Part shown: in pieces, positions 10,158-15,646 of the stretch
How the letters are laid out: each line of letters opens with the position of its first letter
Position numbering within the stretch: the first letter of the stretch is position 1
Origin: Candidatus Zixiibacteriota bacterium
Lineage (GTDB): Bacteria > Zixibacteria > MSB-5A5 > WJJR01
Assembly: GCA_036170655.1 (NCBI GenBank)
Contig: JAVHPP010000055.1
Location: 1-15,646, forward strand
DNA length: 15,646 nucleotides
Reading direction: 5' to 3'
The notes under the pieces: generated by a model
What the model was told of the DNA's origin: nothing
Database searches by the model: none
The model's input: only the letters and a program-made list of their open reading frames with translations
Translations under genes and position numbers: made by a program

Positions 10158-10355
10158 GTCTTGCAGAAAATACCCTGCCCTGTTGTGGTGATCCCGGGTG
10201 GCCCACCAGAAGCAAGTCCCGCGTAGCGGGACGACGCGTATGGTGGGGTTGCCAGTTGCAGGGGAAACCCACCATCCATCCAGACCCACTTCGCGGGACA
10301 GGATTCCTGGTGGGCCACCAGACACCGGGACATGGAAAGATGTTTTCTGCAAGAC
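10158..10355. repeat. ~200-bp nested inverted-repeat element (MITE/REPIN-like or structured ncRNA)
   Basis: Perfect complementary pairs: 10158-10170/10343-10355 (13 bp), 10197-10209/10307-10319 (13 bp), 10216-10223/10292-10299 (8 bp), 10240-10247/10268-10275 (8 bp). The structure is directly visible; its identity is not determined. Confidence 0.75.
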
Positions 10356-10417
10356 CATCAAACCCGCCCTTGTATGTCCTGCGGCGCGACCCCGACCGAT
10401 CTGAGTGTGGACTTCCG

Positions 10418-11533
10418 ATGCGAGTGTTCTCCAATACTGATCTGCAGATCATTGACGTCAGGGCCTGGTCCGTCGATATCCCGCTCACCGGCACTTTTGC
10501 GATCTCAAAGGGGTCAATCACCATAGCCGAGAGCGCGTTTGTCGAGGTCCGGTTGCAATGAGGCGTGGTCGGATATGGGGAGTGCGCACCGTTCACCAGT
10601 ATCACCGGCGAAGACCGCGCGGGAACGCTTCGGGCAGTCGCGCGATTGAGAGACTCCATCATCGGTCAATCCACGGGAACCCTTCGGCGGTCGAGCCGCC
10701 TGATGGCCGAAATTGCACCGGCCGATCCCGCCGCACGATGCGGTCTTGAGACTGCCATCCTCGATGCGTTCTGCCACGCCATGGGGATGCCGATGTGGGC
10801 GTACTTCGGTGGTGCGGCCGCTGGTCCATTCGAAACCGATATCACTCTGCCGATGCTGGGCAAAGAGAAGTGTCTGGAACTGGCCGACCATTGGTACCGG
10901 AGGGGATTTCGCCGAATGAAAGTGAAAGTGGGGAGCCACGTCGATTCCGACATCGCCGTGATCCATGATATCTTCGCCCGTTTCCCCGACACCTCGTTTG
11001 TGGTCGATGCCAACCAGGGATTCAGCGAGCACGATGCACTGCTGCTGATGCGAGCATTGAAGAAAAGCGGGGTGGATGTCCGTATGATCGAGCAGCCGGT
11101 TCAGAAGACGGATATCGAAGCCCTCGCGCGTCTGCGTCGCGAGCAGATCTTCCCGATATGCGCCGATGAGTCGGTTGGCTCACGTTCCGATGCCGCCGCA
11201 ATCGTGCGTGCTGGCGCCGCCGACATCGTCAACATCAAGATCATGAAATGCGGTGTCATCGAGGCGTTCGACATCGCTCTGTACTCGCTGACCGCCGGCC
11301 TGCAGATCATGATCGGCGGGATGATGGAGACGCGTCTTGCCATGGGCTGTTCACTGGCGATGGCAGCTGGAATCGGCCCGGTACACACGCTCGACCTCGA
11401 CACGCCGCTGCTGATGGCGACCGATCCGCTCGAGGGTGGGTACCGCTACGAGGGGCCGAAGATGGTGCTGGCAGAGGGGGCGGGGATGGGAATTGCGCCC
11501 AAAGCAGGGATCATGACCGCTGGAACTTCGTGA
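10418..11533 (+). pseudogene. L-Ala-D/L-Glu dipeptide epimerase (enolase superfamily, MLE subgroup) interrupted by an in-frame TGA at 10559-10561
   Basis: ORFs 10256..10561 and 10565..11533 share a frame. Joined they read IPLTGTFAISKG...FVEVRLQ*GVVGYGECAPF, then catalytic KxK (MKVKVG), metal ligands in VDANQG, IEQP, ADES, second Lys in NIKIMKCG and the DLD motif. 371 residues if read through. Confidence 0.8.
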
Positions 11534-11574
11534 TTCGCTGGCAAATTGGTTCTGTCAGAGCGTGGTCCCAGTGA

Positions 11575-12798
11575 CTACTTGCGCTGCTCCTTCTGTCGGA
11601 TGATGAAGCGATTAAGAAGCGGAACGGCGAACGAGTACTTGCCTCGTCGATTCTTGTACACCAAGCCCGCCTCACTGAGAGAGATGAGCATTTGATTGGC
11701 ATGGCTGCCGCTAAAGGGTTTTGCCAGTTCCACCTTAGAGTGCTCCACCAGTTGTTGGATCGTAAACTCCGTTTCCGATCCTTGGATCCCTGCCGCCACG
11801 GACAACAATTCTCTTTGCCGATCCGTGGCACGTGACCAGCGGGCAGCAAAGAAATCAGAATCCAGCTTCCTCAGGATCTCTTTCATGGAGAGTCTCGGGG
11901 GCTCTCCTGCTACGAGCTTCTGAATCGCAAGGTCGTATACCTCTCGACAGATGAACTGGATGAAGAATGGGTATCCTCCCGAGGTCTCGATGGTGTTCTC
12001 GACAGACTGGGGGGCAAATGGGATCGAGCGCTTCATGCTTTCGAGAGGTTTGAGAATTGCATCTCGAGAGGCCTGCACGCTCAGCCGATCGAGGAACAAC
12101 ACGCGGAACATTCTCTCAGAGTACGTGCGAGCGTTCACAAGCTGGGTGTGCAATGTCGGCAACCCGACTAGCGCCAGAAGAAAAGGCACCCCCTTCTTCT
12201 GAATGGATTGAAAAACGTCGAGCAGAAGCGAAAGCGGGTATTGGTGAGCTGTGACACCATCGGCAAGGTTCTGCGCCTCATCATAGGCAAAAATCACGCC
12301 CCGGCAGTCTAGTTTCGAAAGATGCTCCCAAGAGATCTCGAGGATGCTTTTCAATTTGTCGGAAACAAGCCCGGGTGTCATGTCGTATTCGTCCACGAGT
12401 GCGTCGTAATCCAGTGTCTGTCGAGTGGCGTTGCTCTGACTCCGGAAACCAATTCGCTGTTCGCGGTGCGTGCCCGTGATGACTGAGGACGTTACAATAG
12501 AAAAATCGGTCATCAGTCGTATTGCCATACTCTGTTCGCTGACGCTGGCTGATTCCGACAGGTCTGATCCCACCCAGTACCAACCTCTCCGAACTGCGAT
12601 TGGCCTGAATGTATCCAAGAGGACTGTCTTCCCAGTTCCTCGGAGTCCTGTGAGCACGAGATTGCTCAAAATCGTGGTCTGCTTGAGGAGTCGCTCGAAT
12701 TCGTCGATCTCTTTCTCACGACCGGCAAGATAGGGCGGCATGTGCCCAGCACCAGGTCTGTAGGGATTCTCCAAGGTCTGGATCGCTCTCTTTTTCAT
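11575..12798 (-). CDS. Stand-alone P-loop ATPase (AAA_16 / STAND- or Orc1/Cdc6-like) with probable C-terminal winged helix
   Basis: N-terminal NPYRPGAG...LAGREKEI, Walker A GLRGTGKT, Walker B VIFAYDEAQ, YSERMF, GxP motif SGGYPFFIQ, C-terminal LSEAGLVYKNRRGKYSFAVP. ATG at 12798 preferred over TTG at 12825. Confidence 0.85.
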   Translation of the reverse strand: MKKRAIQTLENPYRPGAGHMPPYLAGREKEIDEFERLLKQTTILSNLVLTGLRGTGKTVLLDTFRPIAVRRGWYWVGSDLSESASVSEQSMAIRLMTDFSIVTSSVITGTHREQRIGFRSQSNATRQTLDYDALVDEYDMTPGLVSDKLKSILEISWEHLSKLDCRGVIFAYDEAQNLADGVTAHQYPLSLLLDVFQSIQKKGVPFLLALVGLPTLHTQLVNARTYSERMFRVLFLDRLSVQASRDAILKPLESMKRSIPFAPQSVENTIETSGGYPFFIQFICREVYDLAIQKLVAGEPPRLSMKEILRKLDSDFFAARWSRATDRQRELLSVAAGIQGSETEFTIQQLVEHSKVELAKPFSGSHANQMLISLSEAGLVYKNRRGKYSFAVPLLNRFIIRQKEQRK

Positions 12799-13032
12799 AA
12801 GTTTTTGCCCTGTATTGTAAATCAATTCAATGGGATGAATTTATCAGAGATCAAGAGGAATTCTCACTTAGCGGATACAAGCGGTTGATCAAATTGAGGT
12901 ATGATTAGTACATCGATTAAATTAAGCCAATTTGATTAATTTGTGTTGATTTGGCTAACTTATTGACCCGTTGTGTGTTGAAGTTAGATCGATAGACTGT
13001 ATCGTTGAAGAATCTCTCGGTCTCGTTCTCGT

Positions 13033-13256
13033 CTTTGACTGCCGTTTCATCAGATCATGTTCGACAGGATGATGGAAACACGTCTTGCCATGGGTTGTTC
13101 GCTGCGATGGCCGCGGGCATCGGCCCGTTGCACACGCTCGATCTCGACACGCCGCTTCTCAGGGCGACCGATTCGCTCGAAGGCGGGTACCGTTACGAGG
13201 GCCCGAGAATGGGGATTGTCCCCCGAACGGGAATCAAGACCGTCGGCACTTCGTGA
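13033..13256 (+). pseudogene. Degenerate 3' fragment of a second dipeptide epimerase allele
   Basis: Aligns with about 11285-11533 (MMETRLAMGCSL, AAGIGPLHTLDLDTPLL, LEGGYRYEGP, GTS*), with 1-nt indels and a 24-nt deletion. No 5' part of the gene is present. Confidence 0.9.
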
Positions 13257-13314
13257 AGCGCTGGACTGTCTTCACACAACAAGAGTGCAGGGCAGAAACT
13301 GGTTCGATGCCCGT

Positions 13315-13399
13315 TGGTGCCGAAGGCGGGATTTGAACCCGCACGGGGTTACCCACCACCCCCTCAAGATGGCGTGTCTACCAATTCCACCACTTCGGC
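13315..13399 (-). tRNA. tRNA-Leu (anticodon GAG), CCA encoded
   Basis: Reverse complement GCCGAAGTGGTGGAATTGGTAGACACGCCATCTTGAGGGGGTGGTGGGTAACCCCGTGCGGGTTCAAATCCCGCCTTCGGCACCA: 7-bp acceptor stem, D loop with GG, anticodon loop TT-GAG-GG, long variable arm, GTTCAAAT T loop. Lies downstream of secG, a common arrangement. Confidence 0.97.
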
Positions 13400-13430
13400 A
13401 CAAGTGCAGATCACAGGACGAGGGCCATAC

Positions 13431-13450
13431 CCACCCACCCAAGTGGGCGG
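13431..13450 (-). other. Small hairpin between secG stop and the tRNA
   Basis: Minus-strand CCGCCCAC-TTGG-GTGGGTGG forms an 8-bp stem with one G-U pair; that position is an A-C mismatch on the plus strand. No U-tract. Confidence 0.45.
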
Positions 13451-13454
13451 ATTA

Positions 13455-13910
13455 CTATTTCTTGCCGGAATCCGGCTTGGTGGTCGTCTGGAACAACTCG
13501 TCGCCTGGCGACGGCGGCTGGCCGGCTGGTTTGGCCTGCTGCGTCTGCTGTGACGACTGTGTTTGTTGCGTGTTACCCTCGGAGCCGGGCTGCTGGACCG
13601 GCGGCGCTTCGGGTGTCGGTGCAGTACGAGCCGCCTGCTGGACGGCGCTCTCACCACCGGTGGCCGACCGCGTACCGGTGGGCGGACGGATCAGCGCCAG
13701 GACAATACAAGAGGCCATAAAGCCAACCGCCAGGACCGCGGTGGCTCGCGATAGGAACGTCGCCGCACCCCGTCCTCCAAAAACCGTGCCGGTCAGCGAG
13801 GTCCCTCCGAATGCCCCGGCCAGACCTTCACCCTTTGCCGACTGCAAGAGCACGGACACGACCAGCGCGATACAAATGAACACGTGCAGTGATATCAGCA
13901 AACCGTACAC
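13455..13910 (-). CDS. secG: Preprotein translocase subunit SecG
   Basis: Two TM helices around VLLQSAKGEGLAGAFGG...FGGRGAATFLSRAT; AGGAGG before GTG; follows tpiA and precedes tRNA-Leu; low-complexity Q/P/T tail. Confidence 0.95.
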   Translation of the reverse strand: MYGLLISLHVFICIALVVSVLLQSAKGEGLAGAFGGTSLTGTVFGGRGAATFLSRATAVLAVGFMASCIVLALIRPPTGTRSATGGESAVQQAARTAPTPEAPPVQQPGSEGNTQQTQSSQQTQQAKPAGQPPSPGDELFQTTTKPDSGKK

Positions 13911-13969
13911 AATTCCTCCTCTGGTCCGCTTCGGACTAACGCGATCGATACACGAACTTGGCCCCCGCC

Positions 13970-14746
13970 TCAGCGCAGGGCCGCACGAATGACCCCATCA
14001 AACTGGCCGGCATCAAGCGACGCGCCGCCGACCAAGGCGCCATCGATGTCAGAGTCCGCCAGCAATTCCACTGCATTGTCTGCCTTGACTGAGCCGCCAT
14101 ATTGAATTCTCATCTTCGCGGCGGCATCATTCGAGTACGATTCCGCAATCCAATGGCGGATGAATCGGTGCGCGTCACCCGCCTGCTGAACCGTCGCCAC
14201 CCGTCCTGTGCCGATTGCCCAGACCGGCTCGTAGGCGATGGTCAGATCGAGTAATTGCGCTTCCGTCAATCCCTTCAGGCCACCCGCCAGTTGCCGTTCG
14301 ACAACTTCGTGTGTGCGCCCAGCCTCACGATCTTCCAGCAACTCGCCGACACAAACAATCAATTTCAGTCCAACCGCCAAGGCCGCCAGCGCCTTACGGT
14401 TAATCCCCGCGTCGGTCTCGCCGAAATACTGGCGCCGCTCGGAGTGTCCCAAGATAACGAATTGACACCCCGCCGTCAACAGCATTGACCCCGATACCTC
14501 CCCGGTGAACGCCCCCGATGACGCCTCATGCATGTTCTGGGCTCCCAACATGATCGCGGAACCACGGAGCGCTTCTGCGGCCGCCATCAGGGAAACCAGA
14601 GGAGGAAAGACAGCCACATCGACTTTCCGGCCTTTGGCATCAGCCCAGCCGGATGAGCGTTTCACCAGTTCCGAACAAAGCTCGCGCGTTCGCGGAATGT
14701 CTCCGTTCATTTTCCAATTCCCGGCGATGAAGGGCAGGCGCGACAT
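13970..14746 (-). CDS. tpiA: Triosephosphate isomerase
   Basis: AGNWKMN, GAFTGEVS, ILGHSERR, IAYEPVWAIGTG, QYGGSVK, DGALVGGASL. Confidence 0.98.
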   Translation of the reverse strand: MSRLPFIAGNWKMNGDIPRTRELCSELVKRSSGWADAKGRKVDVAVFPPLVSLMAAAEALRGSAIMLGAQNMHEASSGAFTGEVSGSMLLTAGCQFVILGHSERRQYFGETDAGINRKALAALAVGLKLIVCVGELLEDREAGRTHEVVERQLAGGLKGLTEAQLLDLTIAYEPVWAIGTGRVATVQQAGDAHRFIRHWIAESYSNDAAAKMRIQYGGSVKADNAVELLADSDIDGALVGGASLDAGQFDGVIRAALR

Positions 14747-14777
14747 GGGGTTGGCGTAAATGCAGAATCGTCCGATC

Positions 14778-15646
14778 TCAGCGATCGTTCAACGCCGCAA
14801 CTCCGGGTAGTGTTTTGCCTTCGATAAACTCCAGTGAAGCGCCGCCTCCAGTCGAGATGTGTGTAATACGCGAGGCGATGCCAGCTTTGTGCACGGCCGC
14901 GACCGAATCTCCGCCGCCCACGACAGAAACCGCTCCCCGGTCAGTTGCCTCCGCGATGGCGTGGCCAATCACAATGGTCCCCGAATCGAACGGATCAGTC
15001 TCGAAAACACCCATCGGACCGTTCCAGAAGATTGTTCCCACATCCGTCAGAGCCGCCATGAACTTCTTGGCGGTCTCTGGTCCGATATCGTACCCAGATA
15101 GGTCGGGTGGGAACGCATCAACGTTCACGAAAACCGGACGCTCCGTGCCCTTGAGGTCTCTGGCCGCGACGCAATCGACGGGGAGCAGGAATGTTTTTCC
15201 ACGCCGACTGGCCTCGGTCAGAATCTGGGCCGCTGTCTCAATCAGATCGGGTTCCACTAACGATCCTCCGACATTCTTCCCTTGGGCCTTCAAGAATGTA
15301 AATGCCATCCCGCCGCCGATGAGAAAAGTGTCTACCGTTCTCATCAGGCTGCTGAGAGCTTCCAGTTTGCCGGAGACCTTGGCTCCGCCCAAAACCGCAA
15401 CGAACGGATGTTTTGGCGCTGATAGCAGACTCCCAAGATAATTCAATTCTTTCTGCATCAGGTAACCGGCGACCGCGGTCTTGAGGAATCGTGTGACTCC
15501 CTCGGTGGAGGCGTGTGCCCGGTGAGCGCTGCCGAAGGCGTCGTCGATATAGACCTCCCCCAAGGCCGCCAGTTGCTGCGCGAAACCCGGATCGTTCTTT
15601 TCCTCTTCCGGGTGGAATCGCAGGTTCTCGAGCAGGCATGTGTCAC
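14778..15646 (-). CDS. pgk: Phosphoglycerate kinase, 5'-truncated by window edge
   Basis: Frame open to the window end (LLENLRFHPEEEKND...DAFGSAHRAHAS), LGGAKVSGK, DIGPET, WNGPMGVFE, GGGDS, HISTGGGASLEFIEGKTLPG. Confidence 0.97.
   Translation of the reverse strand, partial: DTCLLENLRFHPEEEKNDPGFAQQLAALGEVYIDDAFGSAHRAHASTEGVTRFLKTAVAGYLMQKELNYLGSLLSAPKHPFVAVLGGAKVSGKLEALSSLMRTVDTFLIGGGMAFTFLKAQGKNVGGSLVEPDLIETAAQILTEASRRGKTFLLPVDCVAARDLKGTERPVFVNVDAFPPDLSGYDIGPETAKKFMAALTDVGTIFWNGPMGVFETDPFDSGTIVIGHAIAEATDRGAVSVVGGGDSVAAVHKAGIASRITHISTGGGASLEFIEGKTLPGVAALNDR

Noticed and set aside
10158..10355. CRISPR array or hammerhead ribozyme
   Set aside because: The repeats are inverted and nested rather than regularly spaced direct repeats, and no CTGANGA hammerhead core was seen on either strand.
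10559..10561. Genome-wide UGA reassignment (code 4 or 25) to explain the epimerase stop
   Set aside because: The kinase, vWA gene, eno, ftsB, glyQS, tpiA and pgk end in TGA, mostly at expected positions, and Trp is encoded by TGG.
10116..13314. Intact tRNA-integrated prophage or ICE with att sites
   Set aside because: No integrase gene, and no second copy of the tRNA 3' end (TGGTGCCGAAGG) found by eye; the short GGTGCCGAA match at 44-52 is inside pilC and likely chance.
13057..13992. 311-aa plus-strand ORF starting in the epimerase remnant
   Set aside because: Only the first ~16 residues match the epimerase; it then shifts frame and runs antisense across the tRNA and secG.

Overview
GC-rich bacterial chromosomal segment, standard genetic code, mostly housekeeping genes. 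Plus strand: 3' part of pilC, a PilS-like PAS sensor kinase with no response regulator beside it, a long-chain polyprenyl synthase, a membrane vWA-domain protein, eno, ftsB-like, recO and homodimeric glycyl-tRNA ligase. Converging on the minus strand: pgk (partial), tpiA, secG and tRNA-Leu(GAG). Between the two blocks (about 10.1-13.3 kb) is a small variable region containing (i) a ~200-nt nested inverted-repeat element, either MITE/REPIN-like or a structured ncRNA; (ii) an L-Ala-D/L-Glu epimerase gene interrupted by one in-frame TGA at codon 48; (iii) a lone, lower-GC AAA+/STAND-like ATPase on the opposite strand with an AT-rich, repeat-containing upstream region; and (iv) a decayed second copy of the epimerase 3' end that differs mostly at synonymous sites. 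The ATPase is therefore bracketed by two diverged alleles of the same gene end, next to a tRNA 3' end. No integrase, transposase or CRISPR array is visible. All calls come from motif reading and recalled family knowledge; no searches were run.
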